Below are positions 25,366-39,006 of a stretch of DNA of 64,000 nucleotides, in pieces. Source of the DNA: Stegostoma tigrinum (lineage: Eukaryota); the NCBI RefSeq assembly GCF_030684315.1, contig NC_081355.1:61841516-61905515 (forward strand), in the 5' to 3' direction. The stretch's first letter is position 1. Each line of letters starts with the position of its first letter. The notes under the pieces were generated by a model. That model was not told where the DNA came from and did no database searches. It was given only the letters and a program-made list of their open reading frames with translations. A program made the translations under genes and the position numbers.

Positions 25366-27478
25366 ACATTGCAGGAACTCAACAGGTAAAGCAAAGCTAG
25401 AGGCAGCTAACCTTCTGACCACTGATAAAATAGAATGATTTAAATATGATAGTGTTTCTTTACCTAAATTAATTATGGTTTAAAGGACTTGTTCCACAAA
25501 TATGCTTTCAATGTTCTGGAACTGATTTCTAATACCTGAGTAGTTTATCCTTTGCTACCTTGGAGTTTCTGCCTTTAATGTGCACTTTCCAGCTGTTAAC
25601 ATTCATCTGTGCGCTTAGTGATACAGCTGTAACTTGGATCTCTAATGAGGACCAAAACAAGCAGCAGAAAACAATAACAGTTCTTCCTGAACCAACTACC
25701 ACTTTATAACATGTCACATGAACTGATACTCCTACCAGGGAGTATAATTGAGCACCACTGAGATTCAGGTGTCTCAGACATCCGAACAGGAGTTGCTGAT
25801 ATTTGCAGTCACAAAAATCACAGAATTGTTATGTAGCTGCAGGTGGCTACTTACCCGACGTATCTGCACTGACTCTTCAAATGAGCACGGATTGATGCCA
25901 TTTTTTTCTTTTTCTTCCTATAACCCTGCGCATGATTTCTATTTAAAATAATCATCTGAATACTTTCTTGAATGCCTTGATTCAATCTGTCTCCACTACA
26001 GTTCCAAGCAGTGTTTTTCAGACCTTAACCATTTGCTGTGATTTTTTTCCCTCAAATTTCAATTGCTTCTTTCCCAAATCACTGTAAATTTGTGAACTCT
26101 GCTCCCAACCATAAAATTATCTAGGATGAGTTTCTCTCATCTACTGTCCTGACAGCCACTGATTTAGAAAACTTCTATCAAATATTCTCTCCAAGGAAAA
26201 CAATCCCAACTTGACCAATCTATCTTTATAACTGAAGATTCTCATTCCTGGAGCCATTCTCATAGATCACATTCTCTCTAATCCGTACACATTTGTTTTG
26301 AAGTGTAGTGTCTAGAACTGTACACAATACTCTAACTGAGGTCTAACTTGTATTTTCTACAAGTTCAGCATAATCTTTTGGTCTTGCATTCCCCCTTATT
26401 GATGAAGCCTAAGATGCTGTATGCTTAATTAATTGCTCTCTCCACCTATTCTATTACCTTTAAATTATGCAGGAGTAGAGAAACCTGCGTACGTGCATAA
26501 ATCGTTAAAATAGTGTCCATTATTTTACGTGTCACTCCATGTACTTTCTACCAAAGTGAGTCACTTCACACTCGTCCATATTGAAAATGATTTGCCACTT
26601 ATCAGTCCATTCCAAACTGCCAATGTCCTTTTTAAGTATCTTCTCACAGTTTGCAATGCTTCAATGTTTTGTACTATCTACAACCTCTGAAACAATCCCC
26701 TGTGATCAACAAGGTCTAGATAATTTACATTTCAGGAAGAGCAAGGATCCCAATTCCAATCTGTGGGAAATTCCAATATAAACCTTGGTCCCATTTGGAA
26801 AAACATCCATTGACCATTAGTCTTTTTCAGAGCAATCATTTTTTAAATCTACATTGTTACTATCCCTTTTATTTCACAAGTTCTATAACTGCTCACACTT
26901 CTCTTCTGGGGTACTATATCAGACAGCTTTTGTAGTCCATGAACATTACAACACTATTACACTCATTAAACTCTCTGCTCTTCTTTCAGGAAGTTAAATA
27001 TGACTTCTTAAGAAATCCATACTCTCTTTAATTAACCCACACTTCTCCACATGATTATTAATTCCTATCCCAAATTATGGCTTCTGGAAGTTTTCCACCA
27101 AAGATAACTAACTGGTCTATAGTTACTGAGCTTATCCTTGCACACTTTTCTGTTCAAGGGTGCAATGTTTGCAATTCTCCAGCCAGTGCCTCCACAAGTT
27201 GCCGTAGTATCCTCAGATACATCGCATTCAATCCTATGCATTGTCAATTTTAAGTAGTTTATCAAATTCCTCCTTTCCTTTTGTCACCATGGTGTGGTAG
27301 TATCTATTTTATTGATAACTGCAATTGCAAAATATTCATTTGATGTTTCAGCCATGCCTCCTGCTTCCACATGGAAATCCCCCAGCAGTCCGAATTCTTC
27401 TATTTCTATCTTTTGACTACTTATGCGCCTATTGAAGATCTGGATGTGAGTTTGCTCACTGAGCTGGAAGGTTCGTTT

Positions 27479-27518
27479 TCAGACGTTTCGTCACCATTCT
27501 AGGTAACGTCATCAGTGA
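27479..27518 (-). ncRNA. Minimal hammerhead ribozyme motif (PLE family B)
   Basis: Minus strand: UCA-CUGAUGA-C-GUUACC(UAGAAU)GGUGAC-GAAAC-GUC^UGA; 6-bp stem II, 3-bp stem I. Confidence 0.85.
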
Positions 27519-28026
27519 GCCTCCAGTGAAGCACTGGTGTTACGTCCCACTTTCTATTTATCTGTTTAGGTTTCCTTGGGTTGGTGATGTCATTTCCTGT
27601 TCTTTTTCTCAGAGGGTGGTAGATGGGCTCCAAATCAATGTGTTTGTTGATGGAGTTCCGGTTGGAATGCCATGCTTCTAGGGATTCTCGTGCGTGTCTC
27701 TGTTTGGCTTGTCCTCATAGCCACAAAAAGACATGACCCACTATCACTCGTATCCTTACATACAGATGAGGAAGGACACCACTTTGATTGGGACAACACG
27801 TCCATCCTAGGACAAGCCAAACAGAGACACGCACAAGAATCCCCAGAAGCATGGCATTCCAACCGGAACTCCATCAACAAACACATTGATTTGGAGCCCA
27901 TCTACCACCCTCTGAGAAAAAGAACAGGAAATGACATCACCAATGCAGAAAATGACATCACCAACACAAGGAAACCTAAACAGATAAATAAAAAGCGGGA
28001 CATAACACCAGCGCTTCACCGGAGGC

Positions 28027-28066
28027 TCACTGATGATGTTACCTAGAATGGTGATGAAACGTCTGA
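28027..28066 (+). ncRNA. Minimal hammerhead ribozyme motif (PLE family B)
   Basis: UCA-CUGAUGA-U-GUUACC(UAGAAU)GGUGAU-GAAAC-GUC^UGA; this is the uninterrupted form of the Tx1 target. Confidence 0.85.
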
Positions 28067-28989
28067 AAACAAACGTTCCAGCTCAGCGAGCAAACTCACA
28101 TCCAGAACCTCAACCTCAACCTGAGCCATAAATCTTCTCAAAACTCGCTCGTGCCTATTGAAGACTTTGACAATTTTCTTTATGCCAATTATCAGTCACT
28201 TCCCCATCTCCCTTCAGCTATCCCTCTGTTCCATTTTGTTCTTAATAGTTTTTACTACCTGACACCGGTCACAAGCATACTTGTCACCTTAAACTTCTAA
28301 CTCGTGTATCATCTAGGCATTTCCAAATTTGTTACTGTATCTTCCCCTTGAGGGTATAGATCTTGACTGTGCCCTCTTCTCTTTGAAGGTAGATCAGTGT
28401 TCAGTTATAACTGCTCCTGGCAACGACTGGCTGTAATCAACCTGGCCTAACTCCATTCTTGCCCCCTGAAATCAGCTCTCCCTCACTTAATTGTTCTTTT
28501 CCATCTCCATTATAACCTTACGATAAAATGATCCCTACCGCTTAAAATGTTGCTCTCTGACATTTGATCTCCTTGGCCCACCTCATTCTTAATAGATCTA
28601 GCAATATTTCCTTTCTCATGAGCTAGACACATTCCACTGAAGAATTTTCTCCTGAACATAATCTAGGACACTTGCCCTTTGCACTACCACCATTCAATTT
28701 TTGTGAGGAGGGATGAGCAAAGTGTTTATGCAATTTCCTCTACTCATCAGCCAGACTATTATCTGCAGAGGTCAATAACATTTCTTGGACCTCTTGATGA
28801 GAATCTCCAGGTTTCCTCAAAGGGATAAAATAATGTCTGGAGCTTGTGCAAGTTTACTGCTTGACAAAATGTTTTATCATTCTCATTGCATTTTAACTTT
28901 AAACCTCACCTATTAAAGACTCACTCTGTAATAAAGGCATGTGACACTGGACAACATTGGTTCTTATAAAATCATACAGTCCTGCAATT

Positions 28990-29337
28990 TCACAGGGGAG
29001 AGCCACTCTTTAAAACATGGTAATGAATTGCCAAATCAAAAGCATGTAAAGCGTTTTGTATTCTTTGACCTTGTGTCTCATTATCCAGTCTGATGGTTAT
29101 ATAGGTGGACTTGCACTTCATCACCAGCTGGGGAAGGGACCACATACAGGCTCCATGAAGCCTTCTCTCTGGACTCTCCACGGCTAAGGCATCTCCACTG
29201 GAGATGTAGACCCAGGAACATGCGCTGAGATGCAGTGGAATGGAGAAAAAGAAGACAATCTTCTGAGGGGACGTTGGCCGCAGAGGTGATATTTCCATGT
29301 AGATAATTTGTTCCTTGTTGAACTTGTAGATAAGTTC
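28990..29337 (-). pseudogene. Harbinger/HARBI1-like transposase N-terminal fossil
   Basis: Stop-free frame ELIYKFNKEQIIYM..RPTSPQKIV..SSGDALAVES..QLVMKCKSTYITIRLDNETQ, by eye collinear with the HARBI1 N-terminal region (SP..Q, GDAI, FIRFP.DE). Confidence 0.5.
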
Positions 29338-30849
29338 TCACTTGTAAATACGTATGTTGATTTCTAACTAATGTATATTTATATGACTCTCTGTGTAGCT
29401 GCAAATGCAATCTTGAAGAAACTGAAATCAACTATCCTTATCTTTACGTAAAATTCCACAGACCAAGGTGAGAAGTCAGCAGTTGCTATACCATAAGCAT
29501 GCAATGGCTGAATTATAGATGTCTATGACTGGCAACTAGGCTCCATTTTTCCAGATGCACCAGACATTATTGATGCATTATAGGCATTAGTGGAGTGTAG
29601 GGTTTAGCTGTAAGTGTGCATGAAAAAGTCAGGACTACTTGAGTCAAGGAGTTGGACAAAACGGTAATGGCCAGGGTCATGTGGAATACTAAAAATCACA
29701 ACCATCTCCCTCCATACCGAATTGAACTCCCTTCACTATTGTAATCCCCTCTGCATCACAGTTTTCTGCCTCCACTCCATACCATTAAGCTCCTGAGCAT
29801 TCTGCTGCAAAACTAGCCACCCAATTACTCTATCCTTCACCAGACATTGGGTGGCTGCAACACCCAGACTGAACACGGTCTACGCCCTTTTGCGATTTAG
29901 CTAAGCAGTTCCAAACAATGCTTGAGTGGATGATTGGCTGAATTCTGTACAACTCCCTGGCTGTAGAATCATAGAATCATACAGTACAGAAGAGAAGTCC
30001 CATCACACCCTGGACTAGCTTCACTGGATTCACAGGGCTGACCATCACCCATTGCCTGATTGGCAAAGGTATGGACCCTCTCACATGAGCACTTCAATTG
30101 GACATCTGACTGTGTCAAATCCCCTGGACTGATATTGGAGGCTGCCAGTAACTTACTGTACAAAAGCCCCTGACCAGCAAGTGCGTCCCTGGGTGGATAG
30201 CAGTGAGGAATATTCCCTGAAGAACTTTAAGTCACGGCTGTTTGCTTGCAGTTCATGCAGTGTGTTTGACATCTACATAGCTGGCACATGGTGCAGGTGT
30301 GAGACTGAAGTTGCAAAGTGCCCGATAGCAATACGTTCACTTTCATAACTGTTGACTGCTAACGACCATGGCCTCCCTTTGAGTGCTGAATTGTAAACAA
30401 TATAACACTACCAAGAGCTTTTAAACTCAGGCAGAGGGAGCAAAACACAAACAATCAAGGTAAGGCTGAGACGCTGTAAGAATGTAGTTGGCTCAATGTG
30501 ATTGAAAGCTAAGAAAGCAAGCAAACACCCCTAAAATTCAGCCTTGTCTAGTCTATGACCTGGGTGCCTAGTCAAAGTGCAAAGTGTCCTTGCATGATAA
30601 TGATAGTTGTTGATACACTCCAATTTACAGCATTACGATGCAAAGAGTAGTGGTATGTGGATCAGAAGTATGCCATGTCTGGCATGTTTTGGATGTCAGC
30701 ACTCGTAGCTTGCGTGCAGCCGTTGTCTTGGAGGATAGCCTGAAATATTGTTGCCTGACGTCAAGAATGCCCTCCAAGTTTCATGTCAGAAAGTTCAAAC
30801 TCTTCGTGGCAGGTGGTATGATCAAAAGTTGCACATTAATGAAGTGACA

Positions 30850-31330
30850 CTTGCAGTCAATGAGGGTGATAACAAGCAATATTCCCTATTAACTGTCATC
30901 GCTCCACTGCCTAGCAATAATTTTGTCTTGGCACCCAGAACTCTGTTGGAAAATGCAGCCAGTTGCTCCAGACAGCAAGATTACTCAAGCAATCTCCCAG
31001 ATTTCCTGCCATTGCCAATTCATTCATGATTTGGTAAGACTGTGCCCAAAGTCTTATTTCTGCAATGTTGAAGTCACCCGTATATATTGACACAAAGGGC
31101 AACTGGTGGTTGACACCTCAGAGGAACCCTGCTATTGATGCCTAGGAAATACAACTGAGGCCACCTGACCACATGGTTTTGTGCTGTACAAGTCATCAGA
31201 ATGATGAAGATATAATTCAGACACTAGGTCAAATCTGAAGGCATTGTTCAGTATGAACTGGCAAGAATTACCTAAGTGATGATAGTCTGAAGTGTTTTGT
31301 ACAATATTGCATTGCAGTAAGGACTAGAGT
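30850..31330 (+). pseudogene. Harbinger transposase C-terminal fossil
   Basis: Ordered pieces WWLTPQRNP, RKYN*GHLTT, FRH*VKSEGIVQYE and VLYNIALQ match WLMTP.RNP, RYN.AH..TR, FRCLD.SGG.LQY and VLHNIA. Confidence 0.7.
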
Positions 31331-33276
31331 TGCAGGAGGAAGATGAACAATGGGAGGACAGGAGCCTGCAGTCTCAAACTATGCTGCCTATGATGCTCAG
31401 GATGGATAGATTCAGGCATGCTTCAATTAAGGAGAAATAGTGAAGGCACTGAAAACATCAATTCTGAATTCATGGTGGTATCCCAATTTCTAATATGAAG
31501 AAGTCCTACTTAGAATATTTCATTCATCTTACCATATACCCATAGCCTTTGTTTGACCCTTGTTGTAGCAGTCTTCAAAAGGCATACGGTCACTTGGTGG
31601 GCGGCAGGAAAATTGGGGAGGACAAGAGTTTTGAATTAAAGTTTATGACTGTAAATCATTAAAACAGAAACGTGCCATTTTAATATAATGTTAGAAACCA
31701 AAGTAATGTTCTCCCACAAATTATTTGTCTCCTTTTCTAGTATTTGTGGATGATCCAAGCCCTATAGTTCAATAGAGGTAGAAGCAGGTTGCTTGTATCC
31801 CACACTGACTGCTCAAAGAATCTTGGCCAACATCTTCTGAGTTTATTTTCGGCCACTGGGGTTCAGCCAAAGACTGTCCTAAATGCATCAATGAAGGGGA
31901 AAATTTTGCCAATTGGGATAGCCTCCTGACCAGGGTTTCAGAGGGGGTTGATAACATGAGGTGGTAAGGAGATGAGAATGAAAGTTCTTTGTGCATTCTA
32001 TACATCCTTTTTCTATTTACCATCTCATACATCACCAAAAACATCTTTAGTAGCCAAAATCTGAGAGTGTTTTGCTGCACTCAAGTGAAATGCTGAATAG
32101 TCAAGGCAGGTTTTCCTGTTTAAGAAGACAGCATGAGTATGCAGGCCATTGCTGAGAGTCAGTATGCACTGTTTTCTATTGCATCTGAATGCTTCATGCA
32201 GGTGGCCACCACTTTTATGAATGTGAACATTAGCATGAAGGCCTGAGTCACCAGGTTTGCATGTCAGTAACAGATTTCTCTAATTTCTGTCCAATGTTGT
32301 GCAATGGTTCTAAAAATACTGACTGAACACCACAGATCTGTTGTGCCCGTGTCAAATCTCTCCATGACCTACTTACTTGATCTCATTCTGCAAACTTTCT
32401 TCTGTAGCCCAGCATTTTTTTCTCTTCATTATCAAAATCTCCTGTGAAAATGATTTGGTCTCCACCACATTCTCAGGAAATGCAATACAGGCCCTAATCA
32501 CTCTGCCTAGAAAAATTTTCCTCATGTCACCCCTAGTTCTTTTGCCAATTACAAAGCCATCTTTTTATTGACTGGCACCCATGGGACCAGGAGCATATCA
32601 GTTGGTCAAACTTTGACATAAAAATGCACGCTAAGTAATGGAAACATTATGCAGGGGTTTACACATCACTGTTATACTTAATTTATAAATCACTTAAATA
32701 ACAATGCAACTTTTCCTTAAATAAACTTAATGGCAGAGAGTCTTATCACTTGCACCCTTAAATGATTACTTGGACATTGTGGAGATCGCAATAATACAGC
32801 AAACTTTTGGTATTCGAGGTAAATAATTTTTATTGGTTTATTGAGAGTGCAGGTCCATAAAATGCTGGTTAAAACAAGCGCTGCTGTACCTAAATCTGTG
32901 TCTTCTTGTTCATGGCTCTTCATCAAAATGAAGAGTTTTTCCCAAGCTATTTAATCCAGAGCAACACTATCAAGTCTCTTATCTGAAGAGGACATACTCA
33001 GTCCAGGCCTTGAGAAACATCCAAGACTTTTCATATAGAAAAGAATGTACATTCCACAGAGCTAAGGTATGCTGCCAAGTCTTTCTTTCCAAGACCCATT
33101 AACTAGAAATATTTACCAGCTACTCATTTCCTGGCTTTGACATCACCACAGCTGTTTTATTGTAAAGATGTTACATTTATGATTAGTGGTTTTGTTCGAG
33201 GCTTTCACGGTGCCCAGTCACTATGTTGGAAATGGAACCCCCCGTACAGCTGTCTGGTAAGTGATTACAATAATTG

Positions 33277-33625
33277 AGAATAGAATCCCTAAAATTCAGA
33301 AAGTGGCCAATCAGCCCATCATGTTTGCATTGACCAACCAAACAGTGTCCCACCCAAGCCCTCACCATATCCCTGTAATTCTATTTACCACAGCTAGTCC
33401 ACCTACCCTGCACATACCTGGACACTATGGAGCAATTTAAAATGGCCAATCCATATAATCTGCACATTCTTTGGATTGTGAGAGGAAACAGAGCCCCTGT
33501 AGGAAACCAACACAGATATAGGAAGAACGAGCAAACTCCAAACAGATAGTTACCCAAGGCTGGAGTCAAAACTAGGTCCCTGGCGCTGTGAGGCAGCAAT
33601 GCTAACTTCTGAGCCACTATGTCAT
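33277..33625 (-). mobile_element. HE1-type SINE (diverged)
   Basis: Reverse-complement match to 7035-7348 over head, V-domain and tail. Confidence 0.85.
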
Positions 33626-34971
33626 CAAGTAGTTCCTGATGTTCTTCTTTAACCCTTAATTCTGGATACAGTCACCAGTGGATCTGTTACCTAATCTGCT
33701 AGCATCTTATCAGGATTACTGATGTGAATAATCAGTAGGATGAGCTACTTCAGAGAAGTTGACAAGCAAGAAAGACTTTGATCAGTGAAACAAAGGAGCT
33801 ATGTCCAAATTTTTATAGTACTTCTCTTCCTCACTTTGTGAACTGATTAAAACTATATGGATTCCATACAGGATCACCAGATATCACTGACAGACCAGCC
33901 TCCTCTCCAAGTTTGTGGCTGCGTAGCCTCTGAAATCCAATTGCTGTTGTGAGTTGTAATTAGTATTTGTTCCTTTGACAGATCCAGCATGTCAGTTCTG
34001 CCTCCTGCTCTCCCACACTCTTCGCTGATTTACACCTGCTTCCAGTTTCCCAAACAATGGTGTGGCTCAATCTGAAAGCTTGAACAACTTTTGGCTTAAC
34101 TATTTGGGTTCCAGCCCTGCAAATAAATCTTCCACTTGGCTAAGGATTAAGTTGGGAAAATTCCACCCTCTATTTCTGTAAGCATTTTCGATTCTATTTA
34201 AGGGAGATCTAGTTTGGAGATCTTACACAAGTCTCAGAACTGTTGAACAGAGTGCTATTTCAAAGTATATTTCTAATCATAGCAAATTCCAGTGCAAAAA
34301 TCCATTGAAGTCTCATGGCAAATTTGGGAATATAGAACTGCCATCACAATTCCTGTGATGCTTGTCACAAAATCTGGGTCATTACTTACACTTCAGCAAT
34401 AAGATAGTCAATTTAACATTGCACAGAAATGACAAGCTATATGCAAATCATACTTTAACATTGATTTTATTGTTGAATTGATGAGTTATACCAGATTTCT
34501 AGCAGCAAGAGTGTCAAAGTATGAAGAGTTTTAGAAGAAAGTCAGACTGAGACTCACCAGATTCACATTGTTTTCAACCAATTTGTTTTGTGCAAATCTT
34601 CTGTTCTTTCTATGAAATGGCTTCTTCATACCTTTTGTTTTAGAAAAAGTACATTATATTGGTAACATGTTTTTCTGCTTCCAACAGGGAATCTGGATTT
34701 TAGAACCTTTGAAAAACATAGCACAGTCTATCATGTCTGAGCTGACTGAACAAACTAGTCACTTATTCTAATCCTATTTTCCATCACTTGGTCTGTACCT
34801 TGTAGGTTACAGTATTCAGCTACAGATCTAATTTCCTTTTAAATCAGTTGTGCCTTCTGCCTCAATCACCAAAATGGTGGTGAATTCCAGAAACCCATTA
34901 TCCTCTGAGTGAAGACAGGTTTTCTTCATCTCCCCTCTAATCTTTCTGCTTAATAATCGCCTTCAATGCAT

Positions 34972-35155
34972 CACAGATAGTAATAACTGCAGATGCTGGA
35001 GTCAGAGTCAATACAGTGTGGAGCTGGAGGAACACAGCAGGTCAGGCAGCATCAGAGGAGCAGGAAAGTTTGTTCTGATGAAGGGCCCCAACACGAAACA
35101 TCAACTTTCCTGTTCCTCTGATGTTTCCTGACCTCCTGTGCTCCTCCAGCTCCAC
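34972..35155 (-). mobile_element. PLE family A pLTR hairpin insertion (53-bp arms around a decayed HHR)
   Basis: Arms 35018-35070 and 35103-35155; loop contains plus-strand CUGAUGA (35075) ... GAAAC-AUC^ (35102); decayed TSD cttcaatgcat/cttaaatggat. Confidence 0.8.
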
Positions 35156-35405
35156 CTTAAATGGATGTTCCCTTTGTAATTGATCCCTCTGCTAGTGGAA
35201 GCAGGTCTTCCTTATCCACTATTTCTAGTTCCTCATGATGTTTACACACCAATTAAGTTGCTTACTCTGTTTTAATTTAAACACCCTTTGTTATACAATT
35301 GTTCCACACAGCTGCAATTTAAGCTTTGGCAATATTCCTGTAAATCCCCTCAACATTGTCTACAGAAATTGCATTCTTCCCGTGAGCAGAACTATAAACA
35401 ATTCT

Positions 35406-36575
35406 GAAATAACAAGGTGTAGAACTGGATGAACACAGCAGGCTAAGCAGCATCAGAGGAGCAGGAAGGCTGAGGTTTTGGGCCTGGACCCTTCTTCAGA
35501 AACAGGGGAGGGAAGGGGTTTCTGAAATAAATAGGGAGAGAGGGGGAGGTGGATAGAAGATAGATTAAGGAGAAGATAGGTGGAGAGGAGACAGACAGGT
35601 CAAAGAGGCGGAGATGGAGCCAGCAAAGGTGAGTGTAGGTGGGGAGGTAGGGAGGAGATAGGTTAGTCCGGGGAGGACGAACAGGTCGAGGGGGCGGGAT
35701 GAAGATAGTTGGTAGGAGATGGGGGTGGGGCTTGAGGTGGGAAGACGAAATAGGTGGGAGGAAGGACAGGTTAGGGAGGCGGGGACGAGCTGGGCTGGTT
35801 CTGGGGATGCGGTAGGGGGATGGGAGATTTTGAAGCTTGTGAAGTCCACATTGATACCGTTGGGCTGCAAGGTTCATAAGCCGAATACAAGTTGCTGTTC
35901 CTGCAACCTGTGGGTAGCAGTGTTGTGGCACTGCAGGAGGCCCAGGATGGACATGTCGTCTGAGGAGTGGGAAGGGGAGTTGAAATGGTTTGCGACAGGG
36001 AGGTGCAGTTGTTGAGTGCAATTTGAGCGCAGGTCTTCTGCAAAGTGGTCCCCAAGCCTCCGCTTGGTTTCCCCGTGTACAGAAGGCCACAATGGGAACA
36101 GCGGATGCAGTATACCACATTAGCAGATACGCGGGTGAACATCTGCTTGATGTAGAAAGTCTTCTTGGGACCCGGGATGGGGGTGACGGGGAGATGTAGG
36201 GGCAGATGTAGCACTTCCTGCGATTGCAGGGAAAAGTGCCGGGTGTGGTGGAACTGGAGGGGAGTGTGGAGCGGACAAGGGAGTCATGGAGAGAGTGGTC
36301 CCTCCAGAAAGCAGATAACGGTGGGGAGGTTAAAATGTCTTTGGTGGTGGGGTCAGATTGCAGATGACGGAAGTGTCGGAGGATGATACGTTGGATCCAG
36401 AGGTTGGTGGGGTGGTACGTGAGGATGAGGGGGATTCTGTTTTAGGAGTTATTGCGGGGAGTGGGTGTGAGGAATGAGTTGCGGGAAATGGAGGAGACAC
36501 GGTCGAGGGCATTCTCGACCACTGTGGGGCGGATGTTGTGGTCCTTGAAAAACCAGGATATCCGAGATGCTTGAA
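35406..36575 (-). mobile_element. PLE family A (Neptune-like) 3' part: GIY-YIG endonuclease and pLTR
   Basis: Translations ANVVYCIRCSHCGLLY.G, GETKRRLGDHFAE..PVANHFNSPSH..RLQEQQLVFGL; pLTR at 35406-35500 with mutated HHR. Confidence 0.9.
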
Positions 36576-38054
36576 AAATGAGGACATACCTGTGGCCTAA
36601 CCAGTGCATTTATATGGTTCCAACAATACATTCCTACTCTTGTAATCAATAGTTCAACTGATGAGGAAAATAATCCAATTTGTCTTCTTTACCACTTTAT
36701 TTACATGTTCTACCACGTTCTGTGACCTGCGGCCAAGCACTCTAAGGTCTTATGTCCTCACTCTTGCTCAATATTGTCCTAGTTTATTGTACATTCCCAT
36801 GCTTTGTTGGCTTTCCACAAGTGTGTAACCCAGCTTGGATACCATTTGCCACATTTCCTTCCACTCAAATCATTGATGTAATCCTGCAGGTGATAATCAT
36901 CCTGTTCACTATCAGCTACCCAAACGTGCAAATCAAAATAATTAAGAAACGCCTCAAACAACAAAGAACCCAACAGTGATCCCTGTGGAACATCAGTGGA
37001 AATTACTTTCTACTTGCAAAAACATCAGTTAATTGTAACACACTGTTTACCATTTTAGAGTCAAGTTCGGATGAAACTAGCCTCATTCTTCTGTATCCTA
37101 TGGACCTTAATGTTTCTTCCTAGTCTACCATGTGGGACATGGTCAAATGCCTTACCAAAATCCATGAAAACAACATATATTGTACTATTTTCAACCTGCT
37201 TGTTGCTTTCTCAAAACCTTCTCTTAGAAAGACATGACATTTCCTTCACAAAACTGTCCCAGATTAATACACACCTTTTCAATTAACAGTTAATCTTGTT
37301 CAGTCAATACTGATTTTAATAATTTGCTCACCATAGAGGTCAGACCGACTTTTATAATTATTTGGTACATTTTTTACACCATTTTTGAATAATGGTACAA
37401 AGTTTGTTGACCTCCAATCCTCTGGTCCCTTGTATATGTGGTGAGGATTGAAATCTTCTACCTCTATTGCTCTTCCATTCTTCTTCCTCACACTGTCACA
37501 TCCCCACAGTCAGCACACAGATGGGCTGCCTGTGTTGGCACCAACTTGACTTTGGCAGCATTCTCTGAAGGAAATACTGCTCACAACTCTACTAAAATGC
37601 AATTCTGATGAGCAAGCAAAATAGACCTGGGTCTCCTACACTGCCCAAGTCTCAGACTGTCAGACAGACACCAATTCCTTCTCTACCTTTATGCATCAAT
37701 TTTTCAGTGACCACTTATCCCAAATGTACAATTCTACATGGTCCTCTCACTCCAGCTACTGTTTAGGTTCCAAAACCCAGAGCTTAAATTTGTGCACTGG
37801 TAACATTTTCTGCAGATGTGTTTGTCTGGGACACACAGTGTGGCCATGACTTCAGACATGCTGCAGGATGGACATGCCATGGTGTTTAACTAATTTGCCA
37901 TTCCATGACTTTAAAAACTATTCGGTATAATTAGAATAGGAGAGAGCTTACCAGTACTCACCAATCAGCTTCTTCAACTGTACCAAATTAAGAGCCAAAT
38001 ACAGGAGGCTAAAAACGGTACAGGTGAAAAAGAGCACCTTCTCTATTCCCCCAC

Positions 38055-38272
38055 TAGTGGTTTGTGGATCTCTTTGAATATGAGATCCTTGATTGGAATT
38101 GTTAACCTGGGCCAATCAGGGAGCCCTAGCTGATAGATATAAACAGGAGATTCAGACAGTCTCTTGATTTTAGGGGCTGACTGTGAGCTAACTGGTCAGA
38201 GTCCTTGTACTTTGCACATGTAAATCAAGGGTGACTTGTTGATGGGATACCGGTCACTTTGCAGTTAATTCA
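38055..38272 (+). mobile_element. Probable solo LTR (copy 2)
   Basis: Homologous to 13507-13716 (tgagatccttgattgg..gatataaacaggagattcaga..ggatac); ends CA. Confidence 0.55.
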
Positions 38273-38787
38273 TTCACCTAATCCCCAACTTTACACTCTG
38301 TACAAACAAAGCAGCACGTGCTTCTTGAAAAGCAATCGACTTAAGCTTCAAAAAACCAGATTAAAACAGCCACTAATTAACTAACTGCAGCTTCTCTCAG
38401 ATCTGCACACCTGATTTAAGGCTGCAAGAAAACTTGACTTCTCTTAACTTAAATTGTAATGTTTAGTTAAAAATTTAGTTCTTTCATTAAAAAAAAATTA
38501 GACTTTGGATGTAAAAACAAATACCTCTTAAGATTCTCAGTGCAGACTTGCTGGAAGCACTGGCAACAGATGAGGCTACAGCAATGTAGTGTTTTAGAGG
38601 TTCTGTCCCATACTTCTCCATGATTTTGTGTCAATTATTATTTTTCTGTACAAATAATAAAGTTGCCAATAATCCCTGAGGCTTATAGGTCTGTTCTCTC
38701 ATTAGTGGTGACTGGTAGTGACTAAGTGCACTCAGGATACAACGATATGATAATATCTAGGTGGAAGCTAAGTACCTGAAAACCACT

Positions 38788-39006
38788 GTTAATAAAGTGT
38801 GAAGCTGGATGAACACAGCAGGCCAAGCAGCATCTCAGGAGCACAAAAGCTGACGTTTCGGGCCTAGACCCTTCATCAGAGAGCTGGGTCTAGGCCCGAA
38901 ACGTCAGCTTTTGTGCTCCTGAGATGCTGCTTGGCCTGCTGTGTTCATCCAGCTTCACACTTTATTATCTTGGATTCTCCAGCATCTGCAGTTCCCATTA
39001 CCCCTA
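38788..39006 (+). mobile_element. PLE family A pLTR hairpin insertion (82-bp perfect arms; intact minus-strand HHR at 38852-38879)
   Basis: Arms 38790-38871 and 38886-38967; perfect TSD tacctgaaaaccact at 38773-38787 and 39007-39021. Confidence 0.92.

Larger units (their letters stand above)
27439..28150 (+). mobile_element. PLE family B (GIY-YIG C-terminus plus pLTR) with inverted 5' arm
   Basis: Arm 27439-27715 is the reverse complement of 27809-28106; translation ATKRHDPLSLVSLHTDEEGHHFDWDNTSILGQ..EAWHS; TSD g[c/t]gcctattgaaga at 27425-27438 and 28151-28164. Confidence 0.9.
25800..28700 (-). mobile_element. Old CR1 LINE, split by the PLE at 27439-28150
   Basis: ORF 27065..27265 WRIANIAPL..DKLSNYRPVS; decayed ORF2 landmarks collinear on both sides of the PLE. 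Confidence 0.7.
34715..37500 (-). mobile_element. Old CR1 LINE carrying two PLE insertions
   Basis: ORF 37300..37491 PEDWRSTNFVPLFK..NNYK; decayed 3' CR1 sequence at 34715-34960 and 35160-35400. Confidence 0.65.
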
